The translations under genes and the position numbers were made by a program. The notes beneath the pieces were generated by a model. It was not told the origin of the DNA. It saw only the letters and a list, made by a program, of their open reading frames with translations, and did no database searches. DNA of 63,891 bases, counting the filler. It is 4 parts of 4 records of this genome, joined end to end, with 100 filler letters (N's around TTAATTAATTAA, not from the genome) between each part and the next. Parts side by side here need not be neighbours in the genome. Positions count along the whole stretch, not along the records: positions 1 to 26,358 come from DRR378314_1969; 3 more parts are not named here. One strand, given 5' to 3'. Positions 1 to 11,629 of this stretch are shown piece after piece; the first letter of the stretch is position 1, and each line of letters begins with the position of its first letter.

Positions 1-1
1 A

Positions 2-1081
2 TGGCACCTCAAGGACGAGCTGATCCCGATTGAGGTGATCAACGAACTGGCGGAAATGGGCGTGTTCGGCCTGACCATCCCCGAAGAGTTCGGCGGATTC
101 GGCCTGTCCAAAGCATCGATGTGTGTGGTTTCGGAAGAGCTGTCGCGCGGCTATATCGGTGTCGGATCGCTGGGCACGCGTTCTGAAATCGCCGCAGAGT
201 TGATTATTGCCGGTGGTACGGATGAACAAAAAGAAAAATGGCTGCCACGCATTGCCAGTGCTGAGACTTTGCCAACGGCCGTTTTCACCGAGCCAAACAC
301 CGGTTCGGACCTTGGGTCCCTGCGTACGCGGGCAGTCAAGGACGGTGAGGATTATAAAATCACCGGAAATAAAACATGGATCACCCATGCCGCGCGCACC
401 CATGTGATGACCCTGCTGGCGCGCACAGACCCCGACACGTCCGATTACAAGGGCCTGTCGATGTTTCTGGCCGAGAAGACACCCGGTGATGATGCCGATC
501 CCTTCCCAACTGAGGGCATGTCCGGTGGTGAGATCGAGGTGCTGGGTTATCGTGGCATGAAAGAATACGAGCTGGCCTTTGATGGTTTCCACGTCAAAGG
601 TGAAAACCTGTTGGGCGGGGAAGAGGGCAAAGGCTTCAAACAGCTGATGGAGACCTTTGAATCCGCCCGCATCCAGACCGCAGCCCGTGCCATCGGCGTT
701 GCGCAATCCGCGCTGGACCTGTCGATGCAATATGCTCAGGACCGCAAACAATTCAGCAAGGCGTTGATCAACTTCCCACGCGTATCCTCCAAAATCGCGA
801 TGATGGCAGTTGAACTGATGGTGGCCCGTCAGCTGACCTATTTCTCGGCCTTCGAGAAAGACGAGGGCCGCCGCTGTGACGTTGAGGCGGGCATGGCAAA
901 ACTGCTGGGCGCACGTGTGGCATGGGCGGCAGCTGACAACGGCTTGCAAATTCATGGCGGCAACGGCTTTGCGCTGGAGTATAAAATCAGCCGCGTGTTG
1001 TGTGATGCCCGTATCCTCAACATCTTTGAAGGGGCGGCAGAAATTCAGGCACAGGTGATCGCGCGCCGCCTTCTTGGCTAG
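2..1081 (+). CDS. mcd: (2S)-methylsuccinyl-CoA dehydrogenase (acyl-CoA dehydrogenase, ethylmalonyl-CoA pathway), 5'-truncated
   Basis: Frame open from base 2 (WHLKDELIP...). ACAD motifs [23 protein letters not shown] and IFEGAAEIQ, plus the Mcd-like [14 protein letters not shown]. Confidence 0.85.
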   Translation, partial: WHLKDELIPIEVINELAEMGVFGLTIPEEFGGFGLSKASMCVVSEELSRGYIGVGSLGTRSEIAAELIIAGGTDEQKEKWLPRIASAETLPTAVFTEPNTGSDLGSLRTRAVKDGEDYKITGNKTWITHAARTHVMTLLARTDPDTSDYKGLSMFLAEKTPGDDADPFPTEGMSGGEIEVLGYRGMKEYELAFDGFHVKGENLLGGEEGKGFKQLMETFESARIQTAARAIGVAQSALDLSMQYAQDRKQFSKALINFPRVSSKIAMMAVELMVARQLTYFSAFEKDEGRRCDVEAGMAKLLGARVAWAAADNGLQIHGGNGFALEYKISRVLCDARILNIFEGAAEIQAQVIARRLLG

Positions 1082-1138
1082 GCTGATCTAAGTACAGGAG
1101 AGGCATGTCTTGCCTCTTCTCCCTGCGCGGCGTTATGG

Positions 1139-1663
1139 ATGCATATGACCAAACCGCGCCTTTCCCCTGACGCATGGCTTGCTGCCGGATTTGACGCCCT
1201 TGTGGCAGATGGCCCCGGCGCTCTGGCCGCCGAACCGCTGGCGCGTGCCATCGGCAGCACCAAGGGTTCCTTCTATTGGCATTTCAAAGACGTGCCTGCG
1301 TTTCAGGACGCCTTGCTTGCGGCGTGGCAGACACAGGCGCTGCAACAGGTGATGGAGGCTGTCAGCACCTCTGGTGAAGCGGAAACACGGCTGCGCGGTT
1401 TTGGACGTGCCGTGCTGGGTGACAGGGTAGAGCCAAAGCTGCGGGCATGGGCGCAAAGTGATGTACGCACCGCCCGCGTCCTGGCGGATGTGGATGCCGA
1501 ACGGTTGCATCTGCTGGGACGGCTTTTGACCACGCTTGGCCTTGGCAATCCCGATTTCGCCCGCGCCCTGCAGGCCACGCTGATCGGGTTGCCCTTGCTT
1601 GCTGACCCCTGTGATGCAAACCCCTTTGACACGCTTGTCGATACAATCTTGGCTTTGGATTAG
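1139..1663 (+). CDS. TetR/AcrR family transcriptional regulator
   Basis: N-terminal HTH LARAIGSTKGSFYWHF. Confidence 0.9.
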   Translation: MHMTKPRLSPDAWLAAGFDALVADGPGALAAEPLARAIGSTKGSFYWHFKDVPAFQDALLAAWQTQALQQVMEAVSTSGEAETRLRGFGRAVLGDRVEPKLRAWAQSDVRTARVLADVDAERLHLLGRLLTTLGLGNPDFARALQATLIGLPLLADPCDANPFDTLVDTILALD

Positions 1664-1668
1664 AGTTT

Positions 1669-2061
1669 ATGCCCAGTCACATCATCCTGTTCCTCATCCT
1701 GTCACTCACCGTCTTTCAGCCTGATGAAACCCTGCGCAGCTATGGCGGCGCGGATCGCACATGGCATCTGGTCACCCTGAAGGGAGCGGATTTTGACGCC
1801 ACCGCCACGCTGACCTTTCCCAGCAGGAACCGGATCGCCGGACAGGCCCCTTGCAACCGCTATTTCAGCCGCAATGCCGCACCCTATCCCTGGATCGAGA
1901 TCGGCCCCATCGGGGCCACCCGCCGCGCCTGCCCTGACTTGCAAGCCGAGCAGGCATATTTCGAGGCGCTGGAGGCGGTGAATGTGGCAGTGATCGAAGG
2001 CGACACCCTGACCCTTTCGGACGAAGAAACCCCGTTGCTGGTCTTTACAGCCCGCGATTAA
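1669..2061 (+). CDS. META domain (HslJ-like) exported protein
   Basis: Hydrophobic N-terminus; GQAPCNRY and ATRRACP Cys motifs. Confidence 0.85.
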   Translation: MPSHIILFLILSLTVFQPDETLRSYGGADRTWHLVTLKGADFDATATLTFPSRNRIAGQAPCNRYFSRNAAPYPWIEIGPIGATRRACPDLQAEQAYFEALEAVNVAVIEGDTLTLSDEETPLLVFTARD

Positions 2062-2773
2062 ACATATCGACGAAACGCGCGCGCGCCTCCGGCAGGGGCC
2101 GGTTCCCAAGGCCCGCCGCCAAATGCGCGCTTAGAAAATATCCTGTTGTTGCAAAGCCTTGCGAGATTTCAGCATCTGATGCCTCGCCCTCACCGCGCAG
2201 CACATCGGGCAGCGGCAGCAGCTTGTCCGCCCAGTCGCCCGCGCCTTTGGCCGACACCGCCCGGCCCGATTTTGGCGAGACATAGATCAACCCATCCACC
2301 GCACCCGTTACCGCACAGCTGCTCAGGTCAAGCCCATGGCCCATCTCTTCCAGCAGCGCCAATTCCCATTGTAAATAAGCAAGCGGCCAGACCTCCCACC
2401 TGCCCAGCAGATCCAGCAACGCCTCACTGCGGGCATAAAGCGGACCATGCGGGACACGCTCAGGCAGGCAAAAACCAAGCAGCGCCGTGACCGTGTTCAA
2501 CGCCGCCAAACTTTGCCGGCTGGCCATCGCTATCGCTGCGCGACTGCGCAGGGGTTCCACCGTAAAACTGCCGATATGCTCTTCCAGCCGGGCACGCCAG
2601 ACCAGATCCAGCTGCGCGCCGGGTTGCAGGATCGGTGCAATCTTGCGGCTGACCCCGCCACGCACAATGCCCGCATGCCGCCCGTGTTCGGGGGTAAACA
2701 CCTCAATGATCACAGAAGTTTCGCCATGACGGCGCGTCTCAAGCAGAATGCCCTGATCGCGCCACTCGATCAC
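2045..2773 (-). CDS. recO: DNA repair protein RecO
   Basis: [18 protein letters not shown] and [11 protein letters not shown] motifs; downstream of era. Confidence 0.95.
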   Translation of the reverse strand: MIEWRDQGILLETRRHGETSVIIEVFTPEHGRHAGIVRGGVSRKIAPILQPGAQLDLVWRARLEEHIGSFTVEPLRSRAAIAMASRQSLAALNTVTALLGFCLPERVPHGPLYARSEALLDLLGRWEVWPLAYLQWELALLEEMGHGLDLSSCAVTGAVDGLIYVSPKSGRAVSAKGAGDWADKLLPLPDVLRGEGEASDAEISQGFATTGYFLSAHLAAGLGNRPLPEARARFVDMFNRGL

Positions 2774-3099
2774 GCCAGACCGTCCTGATCCAATAAATGC
2801 CGCCCCTGCCGATCCTCGACTTCAATCACCCAGAGGTCAGGATCAAACCCACGTTGGCGGGTGATCGCCGCATCCACGTCGCGCTCCTCTCCCTTGCTCA
2901 ATTCGACCCATTGGCGTTCGCCGCTCATCAGGTCAAAGGAGCGTTGGAACACGACCGCCTGACCGTCCAACGTGGCCAGTTTAACCAGAACCGCGCCGCC
3001 CGTGTCATCACCATGATCCACTACAAAAGCCGGGATGTCATACACTGAAAGCCGCGCCAGATAGGCGTCAACCCAGAACCGCGCGGTCAATCGTGGCAC
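2770..3099 (-). CDS. DUF1491 family protein
   Basis: [23 protein letters not shown] and [12 protein letters not shown] motifs; usual position between era and recO. Confidence 0.85.
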   Translation of the reverse strand: MPRLTARFWVDAYLARLSVYDIPAFVVDHGDDTGGAVLVKLATLDGQAVVFQRSFDLMSGERQWVELSKGEERDVDAAITRQRGFDPDLWVIEVEDRQGRHLLDQDGLA

Positions 3100-3163
3100 A
3101 ACGCCCCCCTCTTCATCTTGCCTTTAAACTCATCTCAGGGCCCGCAGCAAACGCGCCGCCCGA

Positions 3164-4090
3164 TCAGACATTACCGTCTTTGAAGTCCAGCCCCATTTCG
3201 GTGTAACGCTCGGCCTCTTCCAACCAGTTGGTGCGCACTTTCACCTGCAAAAACAAATGGATGCGTCGGCCCAGAAATTCTTCCAATTCCTCCCGCGCCG
3301 CCTTGCCCACGGCCTTGATCGTCTCGCCCTTATTGCCCAGCACAATCCCCTTGTGCCCATCGCGCACCACATAGACCAATTGATCCACACGGGCCGACCC
3401 ATCGGGGCGTTCTTCCCAATTCTCGGTTTCGACGGTCAACTGATAGGGCAGTTCCTGATGCAGGCGCAGGGTCAGTTTCTCACGGGTCATCTCAGCGGCA
3501 ATCATCCGCATCGGCAAATCGGCAATCTGGTCTTCGGGATACAGCCATGGCCCCTCTGGCAATTCACCCGCCAGCCATTTGCGCAACACGTCAACGCCAT
3601 GACCTTTTTCCGCAGAGATCATGAATGTCTCGGCGAAAGGATAAAGCGTGTTCAGCTTTTCCGTCAGTCCCAGCAACACCGGTGCCTCAACGCGGTCGAT
3701 CTTGTTGATCGCGAGAGCCACCTTGCGGCCCTGCCCGACCTCGGCCAGCCCTTCAAGGATGCGCTCCACCCCTTCGGTCACACCTCGATGGGCCTCGACC
3801 AGCAGAACAACAATATCCGCATCAGAGGCCCCGCCCCAGGCGGCGGCCACCATGGCACGGTCCAGACGGCGGCGCGGCTGGAACAGACCGGGCGTGTCGA
3901 CAAAAACCAGCTGTGCATTGCCCTCCATCGCGACGCCGCGAATGCGGGCACGGGTGGTCTGCACCTTATGGGTGACAATCGACACTTTGGCCCCCACCAT
4001 GCGGTTCAGCAGGGTGGATTTGCCGGCATTGGGTTCACCGATGAGGGCGATAAATCCGGCGCTTTGTCTTGCGGCCTCGGGGCTGCTCAT
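3164..4090 (-). CDS. era: GTPase Era
   Basis: [12 protein letters not shown] and NKID motifs; C-terminal KH domain. Confidence 0.97.
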   Translation of the reverse strand: MSSPEAARQSAGFIALIGEPNAGKSTLLNRMVGAKVSIVTHKVQTTRARIRGVAMEGNAQLVFVDTPGLFQPRRRLDRAMVAAAWGGASDADIVVLLVEAHRGVTEGVERILEGLAEVGQGRKVALAINKIDRVEAPVLLGLTEKLNTLYPFAETFMISAEKGHGVDVLRKWLAGELPEGPWLYPEDQIADLPMRMIAAEMTREKLTLRLHQELPYQLTVETENWEERPDGSARVDQLVYVVRDGHKGIVLGNKGETIKAVGKAAREELEEFLGRRIHLFLQVKVRTNWLEEAERYTEMGLDFKDGNV

Positions 4091-4773
4091 TTACTCTTCT
4101 CCAGTTGCGCCAAAAGCGTCGTTGCCGCAGCCTGTTCGGCGCTGCGTTTCGAGGGGGCGGTGGCCTGTGCCTCGGCCCCGTTTTCAAGTCGCGCGGCAAT
4201 GGTAAACACCGGCGCGTGATCGGGGCCGGAACGGGCCACCTCCAGATATTTCGGTGGTGGCAGTTTGCGGGCCTGTGCCCATTCCTGCAATGCGGTTTTT
4301 GCATCCCGCGCGTCGTCTTTTACGGTGTCGATCCGGTTTCCCCAGAGGCGCAGGATCAAGGCACGAGAGGCCTCGAACCCTGCATCCTGATAGACCGCAG
4401 CAATCACCGCCTCAATCGCATCCCCCAAGAGGGCCTGCTTGCGCCGCCCGCCTGATATCATCTCTGAGCGGCCCAGTTTCAACACCTGACCCAGATCGAT
4501 TTCGCGGGCGACATCTGCACAGGTTTCCTTGCGCACCAGCGCGTTAAAACGCGGGGCCAGCTGCCCCTCGCTGGCCTGACGGTCACTGGCCAGCAGCGCC
4601 TCTGCCATCACCAGACCCAGAACGCGGTCACCCAGAAATTCCAGCCGCTGGTTGTCGTCGCGGTTGGCCGATGACATTGAGGCGTGAGTCACCGCACGGA
4701 CCAGCAGCGCGGGGTCGCTGAATTCGTGACCGATACGCCCCTGAAAGGCCCGAAGATCGCCGCTCAGCTTCAT
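4087..4773 (-). CDS. rnc: Ribonuclease III
   Basis: [12 protein letters not shown] signature and dsRBD (KTALQEWAQ). Confidence 0.97.
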   Translation of the reverse strand: MKLSGDLRAFQGRIGHEFSDPALLVRAVTHASMSSANRDDNQRLEFLGDRVLGLVMAEALLASDRQASEGQLAPRFNALVRKETCADVAREIDLGQVLKLGRSEMISGGRRKQALLGDAIEAVIAAVYQDAGFEASRALILRLWGNRIDTVKDDARDAKTALQEWAQARKLPPPKYLEVARSGPDHAPVFTIAARLENGAEAQATAPSKRSAEQAAATTLLAQLEKSK

Positions 4774-5606
4774 TCAACCCCTTTGAAGAAACGATCACCA
4801 CGCCATGTCCAGAAAAACAGCATCGACCGCCCGGCCGAGCTGAACATGATCCGGTCGGCCCGGCCGATCAGGTTTTCGTAAGGCACAAAGCCGACGCCGC
4901 CCACCTGCTGTGCCAGACGGCTGTCCGCAGAGTTGTCACGGTTGTCGCCCATAAAGAAGTAATGACCAGCAGGTACAGAATAGACGCCGGTATTGTCAGA
5001 TTGCTGGTTTGCGATGTTAAGAATTGGATAGGAAACCCCGTTGGGCAGGGTTTCAATCTGGCGGGACTTTTCACAAGAGCCGCCTTCGCCAACAGGACCG
5101 TTTTCACAGCGCGGGCGCAGACGTTGGGGGCCTTGGGCGGTCATCTTTTCGGTAAAGGTACCCGCATCCTCGACCTTGACCGGTTCACCGTTCAAATACA
5201 CCAGACCCTGTTTCACCTGGACCGTGTCACCGGGCAGACCAATCAGACGTTTGATATAGTCGCGGCCCGAAACCGGGTGGCGAAAGACCACGACATCACC
5301 GCGTTTTGGCTCCCCGCCCCAGAGGCGGGTGTTGTCCCCGTCAAAGCTGCCGCAGACATCGCGGGCATCCACCTCGATGCCATAGCTGGGCAACATCAGC
5401 GACGGACAGGAGGCATAGGAATAGCCATAGGCCATTTTATTCACAAAGAGGAAATCACCGATCAGCAGGGTTTCCTTCATCGACCCCGAGGGAATCCAGA
5501 AAGGTTGGAAAAACAGGGTACGAAAGACACCTGCGATCACCAATGCATAGACGATGGTTTTGACGGTTTCGACAAAGGCGTTGCCGGATTTTTCCTTGTC
5601 GGCCAT
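4770..5606 (-). CDS. lepB: Signal peptidase I
   Basis: [17 protein letters not shown] and [11 protein letters not shown] motifs. Confidence 0.97.
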   Translation of the reverse strand: MADKEKSGNAFVETVKTIVYALVIAGVFRTLFFQPFWIPSGSMKETLLIGDFLFVNKMAYGYSYASCPSLMLPSYGIEVDARDVCGSFDGDNTRLWGGEPKRGDVVVFRHPVSGRDYIKRLIGLPGDTVQVKQGLVYLNGEPVKVEDAGTFTEKMTAQGPQRLRPRCENGPVGEGGSCEKSRQIETLPNGVSYPILNIANQQSDNTGVYSVPAGHYFFMGDNRDNSADSRLAQQVGGVGFVPYENLIGRADRIMFSSAGRSMLFFWTWRGDRFFKGVE

Positions 5607-5699
5607 GCGGCGTCCCTTTTTTACGATTTGGGGTTACATGAGGGTGGGCGGCGGCACTGTCAAGGCGCGGTCGCAACAGGCATGCGCCCGTGGCTGCGC

Positions 5700-6110
5700 C
5701 TAATCGTCACCTGACAGCGGGCGGGCCTCGATCACGACAAAAGCCTGTGCCCATGGATGATCATCGGTCAGGGTCACATGGATCACCGCCGCGTGGCCCT
5801 TAGGTGTCATGCTGGCAAGGCGTTCGGCGGCCCAACCGGTGACTTCCATCACCGGCTGTCCTGTCCTGAGGTTGCTGACGGCCATGTCGCGCCATGAGAT
5901 CCCCATGCGCAGCCCGGTACCCAGCGCCTTGGAACAGGCCTCTTTGGCGGCCCAGCGTTTGGCATAGGTGCCAGCGACATCCTTGCGCCGCTCGGCTTTG
6001 GCCTGTTCCACCGGTGTGAAAACGCGGTTACGGAACCGATCCCCGAAACGATCAAGCGTGCCCTGGATACGTTCGATGTTTGCCAGATCGGTGCCGATAC
6101 CAAGGATCAT
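5700..6110 (-). CDS. acpS: Holo-ACP synthase
   Basis: GIGTD and [15 protein letters not shown] motifs. Confidence 0.96.
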   Translation of the reverse strand: MILGIGTDLANIERIQGTLDRFGDRFRNRVFTPVEQAKAERRKDVAGTYAKRWAAKEACSKALGTGLRMGISWRDMAVSNLRTGQPVMEVTGWAAERLASMTPKGHAAVIHVTLTDDHPWAQAFVVIEARPLSGDD

Positions 6111-6871
6111 CAGCTTGTCGCATCCGCCCGTGCGGCGTCCATCATCTCGCGCATTTCACGGATCGCAGGTTCAAGTCCCAGAAAGATCGCCTCGCCAATC
6201 AGAAAATGCCCGATGTTCAGCTCGCGCACCTCGGGGAAGGCGGCGATAGGCGACACTGTATCATAGGTCAGCCCGTGACCGGCATGCACCTCAAGGCCCA
6301 GTGAATGGGCAAATGCGGACATCTCTTCGAGCTTTTTCAACTCTTCCTGTGCAGCGGGCCAGTTTCCCTCGGCGAAGGCGTCGCAATAGGCACCGGTATG
6401 CAGTTCGATCACTTCGGCACCGATGCGGTTGGCGGCTTCGATCTGGCGGGCGTCTGCGGCGATAAAGATCGACACGCGGCTGCCGGCCTCGCGCAGGGGC
6501 GCGATGAAATGGGCCAGTTTGTTTTCCTCGCGTGCAACTTCAAGCCCGCCTTCGGTGGTGCGTTCCTCGCGCTTTTCGGGCACGATGCAGACGGCGTGGG
6601 GTTTGTGGCGCAGCGCGATTTTCTGCATCTCTTCAGTTGCGGCCATTTCGAAATTCAACGGAACGCTCAGGACGTCCATCAGCCCTTCGATATCGGCATC
6701 CGAGATGTGGCGGCGGTCTTCGCGCAGATGTGCGGTGATGCCGTCAGCGCCCGCGGCTTCGGCAATCTTGGCCGCACGCAATGGATCAGGATAGGCCCCG
6801 CCGCGCGCATTGCGCACGGTTGCGACATGGTCAATGTTGACGCCAAGGCGCAGTTTTTCGTTCGATCCCAT
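6110..6871 (-). CDS. pdxJ: Pyridoxine 5'-phosphate synthase
   Basis: [24 protein letters not shown] and AGHGL motifs. Confidence 0.97.
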   Translation of the reverse strand: MGSNEKLRLGVNIDHVATVRNARGGAYPDPLRAAKIAEAAGADGITAHLREDRRHISDADIEGLMDVLSVPLNFEMAATEEMQKIALRHKPHAVCIVPEKREERTTEGGLEVAREENKLAHFIAPLREAGSRVSIFIAADARQIEAANRIGAEVIELHTGAYCDAFAEGNWPAAQEELKKLEEMSAFAHSLGLEVHAGHGLTYDTVSPIAAFPEVRELNIGHFLIGEAIFLGLEPAIREMREMMDAARADATS

Positions 6872-6884
6872 TTATCTGTATCTC

Positions 6885-7550
6885 CTACTTGGCCTCGTCG
6901 ACCTTGCGCTTGGCATCCGCTTTTGCCGCGGCTTTCTGCTTGAGCGCTTCAAACTTGGCCTTAATCAACCCCCGTCGACGTTTTTGATACGCCTGAAGCA
7001 GCGGAACTGCCAGATAATAAGCGATGGTTGCGCAGGTGACGCCCGGAATGATCGAACCGATCAGATAGGGATAGAACACATCACGGGAAAAAATCGACAG
7101 GCTGGACCAATCCATTTCAGCAGCGGTGAAGATCGACACGAAGTTATGCCAAAGGTCACTACCCGCCCCGGCGAATTTACGACTAAGTGCGCGCAACTCG
7201 CCATCGGGCAGTTCGGTGCCCAGCAACAGGTGTCCGGTCTTGAGCGATGACAGGGCGATAAACACAAAGGTAAACGGGTTGCCGACAAATGTGGCCATCA
7301 AAGAGGCAAGGATATTGCCCTTCATCAGTTTGGCCAGCAAGGCGGCAACAAGAAAGTGAAACCCGAATAGCGGGGTAAAGGTCACAAACACACCGGCCCA
7401 GACGCCACGTGCAATCCGCTCCGGGCTGTCGGGCAGACGGCGCATGCGGTGTTTGACATAGTGAAATGCACGCGTCCAACCGCCACGGGGCCATAAAAAT
7501 TCGGCCACCGCACGTAACGTCGGTTTTGGGTCGCGGCGTTTGAATATCAA
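6885..7550 (-). CDS. DUF2062 membrane protein
   Basis: DSPERIARG and FVGNPFT motifs; between spoT and pdxJ. Confidence 0.85.
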   Translation of the reverse strand: MIFKRRDPKPTLRAVAEFLWPRGGWTRAFHYVKHRMRRLPDSPERIARGVWAGVFVTFTPLFGFHFLVAALLAKLMKGNILASLMATFVGNPFTFVFIALSSLKTGHLLLGTELPDGELRALSRKFAGAGSDLWHNFVSIFTAAEMDWSSLSIFSRDVFYPYLIGSIIPGVTCATIAYYLAVPLLQAYQKRRRGLIKAKFEALKQKAAAKADAKRKVDEAK

Positions 7551-7607
7551 CTCAGCTGTCCTGCATCGGTCTTTCGTTGGCCTCTATAGGCATGGTGTTT
7601 GCACGCG

Positions 7608-9752
7608 TCACCGGCTGGGCGAAATGGCGTCAATTTTGCGATATCGTGAAATCGCAGCGATGTCACTTTCCGCCTCCAGTGTCAGCATCAGACTGTGCAG
7701 ATGTGCCACGTCCCTAAGATCAAGATTAATCAGAAGGCGGTAAAAATCGGGTTTGCGTTCCAGAAACTCCAAGTCTGAGATATTGGCAGATGCTTCGCCA
7801 ATCAAGGTGCAGATGCGTCCTAAAACGCCCGCACCGTTGCCCATCGTCAGATCAAGCACCGTGCCATAGACGGCAGGGTGATTCCCCTCGTGCCAGCGCA
7901 GGTCGATCCAGCGTTCGGGCTGGTCCTCATATTCGGCCAGCCTTTCGCAATCAATGGCATGTACCGTCACCCCTTCGCCTTTGAAGGTGATGCCGATAAT
8001 ACGTTCCCCCGGCAGCGGGGTACAACAAGAGGCACGGGCGAAACTTTGACCGGGTTCAAGACCCACAACCGACCGGGTGGCGTCCACCTCGGCGCCCTGT
8101 TTCGGAGCAAGATCCGCATAGACCGATTGCACGACCTGCCGTCCGGTGATCTCTGAGCTGCCAAGGCGGGCGAGCAGGTCATCCGCCCCATCAAACCGCA
8201 GACTTTTTGCCGCAGTGCGCAATGCCTTTTCCGTTGCCCGCTTGCCCACCTGCGCAAAAGCAGAACGCGCCAATTCCCGGCCAAGTTTGACAAAGCGCGC
8301 GCGGTCTTCTTCCCGCAAGGACCGGCGGATGGCGGATTTCGCCTTGCCGGTGGTTGCAATGTCCAGCCATGTCGCCTGTGGCGTCTGGCCCTGCGCACGG
8401 ATGATTTCAATCGACTGGCCGTTTTTCACACGGGTCCAAAGCGGCACCCGCATCCCATCCACCTTGGCCCCGACACAGGAGTTCCCGATACGGGTGTGGA
8501 TTGCATAGGCAAAATCAATCGGCGTCGCCCCGCGGGGCAGTTTGACCACATCACCCTTGGGCGTGAAGCAAAACACCTGATCCGCGTACATTTCCAGTTT
8601 GACGGCCTCGAGAAAATCCTCGTGGTTTTCTTCGGCGTCAAATTGTTCGTTCAGCTGCGATATCCATTTCGCCGGATCAACCGCAAACGGGTTTTTGGAC
8701 CGTTTTCCATCACGATAGGACCAATGCGCCGCAACGCCGGTTTCGGCAACGTCATGCATCTGGCGGGTTCTGATCTGGACCTCGACACGTTTGCCGTCGC
8801 GCCCTGACACGGTGGTGTGGATCGAACGGTATCCGTTGGATTTCGGCTGGCTGATGTAATCCTTGAAACGGCCTGGCACCGCCCGCCAGCGGCCGTGGAT
8901 CACACCCAGGGCACGGTAACAATCTTCCTCGCTCGCCGTCAGGATGCGAAAGCCATAGATGTCGGACAGTCGGGAAAAACTCAGTTCTTTTTCCTGCATC
9001 TTGCGCCAGACGGAATAGGGTTTTTTGGCACGTCCGAACAGCTCGGCTTCGATGCCCGCTTCTTCAAGCTCGTGGCGCATGTCACCGGTAATCCGCTGGA
9101 TCACATCACCCGCTTCGCGTTGCAGGGTGATAAACCGGCGGATAATGCTGGCGCGCCCTTCCGGGTTCAGGACACGGAACGACAGATCCTCCAACTCCTC
9201 GCGCATCCATTGCATCCCCATGCGACCGGCAAGCGGCGCATAGATGTCCATGGTTTCGCGGGCCTTTTGCGCCTGTTTTTCAGGGCGCATTGCCTTGATC
9301 GTGCGCATATTGTGCAGACGATCCGCCAGTTTGACCAGAATGACCCGCAAGTCCTTGGACATCGCCATGAACAGTTTGCGAAAGTTTTCGGCCTGTTTTG
9401 TTTCGGTGGAATTGAGTTGCAGGTTGGTAAGTTTGGTCACCCCGTCAACCAGTTCGGCAACCTCTGCACCGAACAGCTTTTCCACCTCTGTATAGGAGGC
9501 TGGCGTGTCCTCGATGGTGTCGTGCAGCAAGGCGGTGATGATTGTCGCATCATCCAGCTGCTGTTCGGTCAGGATCGCGGCGACAGCAACGGGATGGGTG
9601 AAATAGGCTTCACCCGAATGGCGAAACTGCCCATCGTGCATTTCCGCGCCGTAGTCATAGGCGGCGCGAATCTGTTTTTCATTGGTCTTTGGGTTGTAGC
9701 GCCGGACAAGCGCGACAAGATCATCGGCAGTGATTTCGGTGGTGTCCATCAA
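7608..9752 (-). CDS. spoT: Bifunctional (p)ppGpp synthetase/hydrolase (RelA/SpoT)
   Basis: HD domain (LLHDTIED), KLADRLHNMRT, NGYRSIHT, TGS and ACT domains. Confidence 0.96.
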   Translation of the reverse strand: MMDTTEITADDLVALVRRYNPKTNEKQIRAAYDYGAEMHDGQFRHSGEAYFTHPVAVAAILTEQQLDDATIITALLHDTIEDTPASYTEVEKLFGAEVAELVDGVTKLTNLQLNSTETKQAENFRKLFMAMSKDLRVILVKLADRLHNMRTIKAMRPEKQAQKARETMDIYAPLAGRMGMQWMREELEDLSFRVLNPEGRASIIRRFITLQREAGDVIQRITGDMRHELEEAGIEAELFGRAKKPYSVWRKMQEKELSFSRLSDIYGFRILTASEEDCYRALGVIHGRWRAVPGRFKDYISQPKSNGYRSIHTTVSGRDGKRVEVQIRTRQMHDVAETGVAAHWSYRDGKRSKNPFAVDPAKWISQLNEQFDAEENHEDFLEAVKLEMYADQVFCFTPKGDVVKLPRGATPIDFAYAIHTRIGNSCVGAKVDGMRVPLWTRVKNGQSIEIIRAQGQTPQATWLDIATTGKAKSAIRRSLREEDRARFVKLGRELARSAFAQVGKRATEKALRTAAKSLRFDGADDLLARLGSSEITGRQVVQSVYADLAPKQGAEVDATRSVVGLEPGQSFARASCCTPLPGERIIGITFKGEGVTVHAIDCERLAEYEDQPERWIDLRWHEGNHPAVYGTVLDLTMGNGAGVLGRICTLIGEASANISDLEFLERKPDFYRLLINLDLRDVAHLHSLMLTLEAESDIAAISRYRKIDAISPSR

Positions 9753-9785
9753 ACTGCCTCTTGACCCGCATGCAGCGGGCGGGGG

Positions 9786-10139
9786 TTAGCCCTGCCCTTG
9801 TGCCGCCATCAATTGCCGCAGCAGCATCTCTTCGGACATGCTGTCTTCTTCGGGCTTGTCCTGTTCGGCACCCATTAGAAGCGCCATTGCGTCCTCTTCG
9901 GGTTCATCAACCTCGATCTGGTTCTGGTTGCTTTCGATCAGACGCTCACGCAGGTCATCTGCTGACTGTGTCTCATCCGCAATCTCGCGCAGCGATACAA
10001 CCGGGTTCTTGTCATTGTCGCGGTCGACAGTAACGGCAGAACCGGCAGAGATTTCACGCGCACGGTGGGCCGCCAGCATGACAAGCTCGAAACGGTTCGG
10101 AACTTTATCAACGCAATCTTCTACGGTAACGCGGGCCAT
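9786..10139 (-). CDS. rpoZ: RNA polymerase omega subunit
   Basis: [15 protein letters not shown]. Confidence 0.97.
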   Translation of the reverse strand: MARVTVEDCVDKVPNRFELVMLAAHRAREISAGSAVTVDRDNDKNPVVSLREIADETQSADDLRERLIESNQNQIEVDEPEEDAMALLMGAEQDKPEEDSMSEEMLLRQLMAAQGQG

Positions 10140-10201
10140 GGAAGCCTCCAATATCACAAGGGTCAGTCAGAAGTGGGGTATTTAGGCTGCTTTGGCCAGA
10201 T

Positions 10202-10837
10202 TTACAAGCCGTTATTCTGCACATCTTCTGACAGCACACGCACCGCTGCAAGGTCAGCGGGATCCAGCGCATCGCGCATTTCTGTGACACTCAATTTCAA
10301 TACCGGATGCACCCAATCGGGGGCGACATCAGCCAAGGGAACAAGGACAAAGGCGCGGTCCTGAAGACGCGGATGCGGCAGGATCAATTCCTGCGGAACC
10401 GTTGTCCGTTGGGCATCCGCAGGTAAATCGCGCCATTCCTTATATGTTTGCCTGTCCGGCAGCACCTGATCACCAAAGGCAATCAGATCCAGATCAAGTG
10501 TGCGCTGGCCCCAGCGGGTTTCACGGGTGCGGCCAAATTCGGCTTCGATATCGTGCAAAACCGCCAGAGCCTGTGCCGCATCCCAGGGCGCGCTGATTCT
10601 GGCAGCAGCATTGACATAATCAGGACCATTGCCCGCAGGAAATGCAGGTGTACTATATAACGCACTCTTAGCGCGAATCGTCGCGCCGTTTAGTTTAAGC
10701 AGCTTCAGCGCCGCCCGGAGGGTAATTTCAGGCGCCCCCACATTTGACGTCAGGTTAGCGCCAAGCGCCAAAAGCATACAGGGATGGGATATGAGCGAGG
10801 AACCGCTCTTTTCCCCGTGATCTTGGGCTTGCGGCAT
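10202..10837 (-). CDS. folK: 2-amino-4-hydroxy-6-hydroxymethyldihydropteridine pyrophosphokinase
   Basis: ALGANL, RWGQRTLDLDLI and LPHPRLQDRAFVLVPL motifs. Confidence 0.95.
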   Translation of the reverse strand: MPQAQDHGEKSGSSLISHPCMLLALGANLTSNVGAPEITLRAALKLLKLNGATIRAKSALYSTPAFPAGNGPDYVNAAARISAPWDAAQALAVLHDIEAEFGRTRETRWGQRTLDLDLIAFGDQVLPDRQTYKEWRDLPADAQRTTVPQELILPHPRLQDRAFVLVPLADVAPDWVHPVLKLSVTEMRDALDPADLAAVRVLSEDVQNNGL

Positions 10838-10989
10838 GGTCAAAAATCCTTAGTTAGGCGGCCCAGAGTTGTTGGGCAGTATTTTAAGTTCGGCGCTACT
10901 TCTTTTCAGGCGCATGACTACATTACGTTCTGACACGGTTGTTACGTGATAGTTCAGAGTTTGGCGACGCTGTCGCCGGAAGGGCACAA

Positions 10990-11547
10990 ATGTTTTATAA
11001 AGACGAGCGACTAGCGCTCTTTATTGATGGCTCTAACCTCTATGCGGCTGCAAAGACGCTTGGGTTTGACATCGATTATAAGTTGCTGCGCCACGAGTTC
11101 ATGCGCCGGGGCAAGTTGCTACGCGCGTTCTATTACACTGCTCTTTTGGAAAACGATGAATATTCCCCGATCCGCCCGCTGGTGGACTGGTTGAACTACA
11201 ATGGTTTCTCGATGGTGACCAAACCGGCCAAGGAATATACCGACAGCATGGGCCGCCGGAAAGTCAAAGGGAACATGGACATCGAGCTGGCCGTTGACGC
11301 GATGGAACTGGCACCGCATGTGGATCACATTGTGATTTTCTCTGGCGACGGTGATTTCCGCCCGCTGGTGGAAAGCCTGCAACGGCAGGGCGTGCGCGTG
11401 TCCTGTGTTTCTACGATTCGTAGCCAGCCGCCCATGATCTCGGACGAGTTGCGCCGTCAGGTTGATAACTTCATCGAACTTGAAGACCTGAAAGATGTGA
11501 TCGGCCGCCCCCCCCGCGAGAATGATTTCACCCCGCGTCCGGAGTGA
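10990..11547 (+). CDS. NYN domain (LabA/DUF88) protein
   Basis: FIDGSNL, KGNMDIELAVD and SGDGDF motifs. Confidence 0.92.
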   Translation: MFYKDERLALFIDGSNLYAAAKTLGFDIDYKLLRHEFMRRGKLLRAFYYTALLENDEYSPIRPLVDWLNYNGFSMVTKPAKEYTDSMGRRKVKGNMDIELAVDAMELAPHVDHIVIFSGDGDFRPLVESLQRQGVRVSCVSTIRSQPPMISDELRRQVDNFIELEDLKDVIGRPPRENDFTPRPE

Positions 11548-11550
11548 GTA

Positions 11551-11583
11551 AAAAAGGTCTGCGCCCAAACGCAGACCGTTTTT
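11551..11583. terminator. Likely bidirectional intrinsic terminator
   Basis: A-run, then GGTCTGCG/CGCAGACC stem, then T-run, between convergent genes. Confidence 0.65.
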
Positions 11584-11629
11584 CAATCCCTTAACGAAAT
11601 CGCCAATACCTCTTGCAAATCGCCCCGGT

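Noticed and set aside
3257-4219. Long antisense ORFs (also 8817-9764, 20990-21871, 46398-47309)
   Set aside because: Shadows of well-supported genes on the opposite strand, with no motifs of their own
10990-11547. NYN nuclease as a toxin or defence gene
   Set aside because: Standard housekeeping position beside folK-rpoZ; no partner gene
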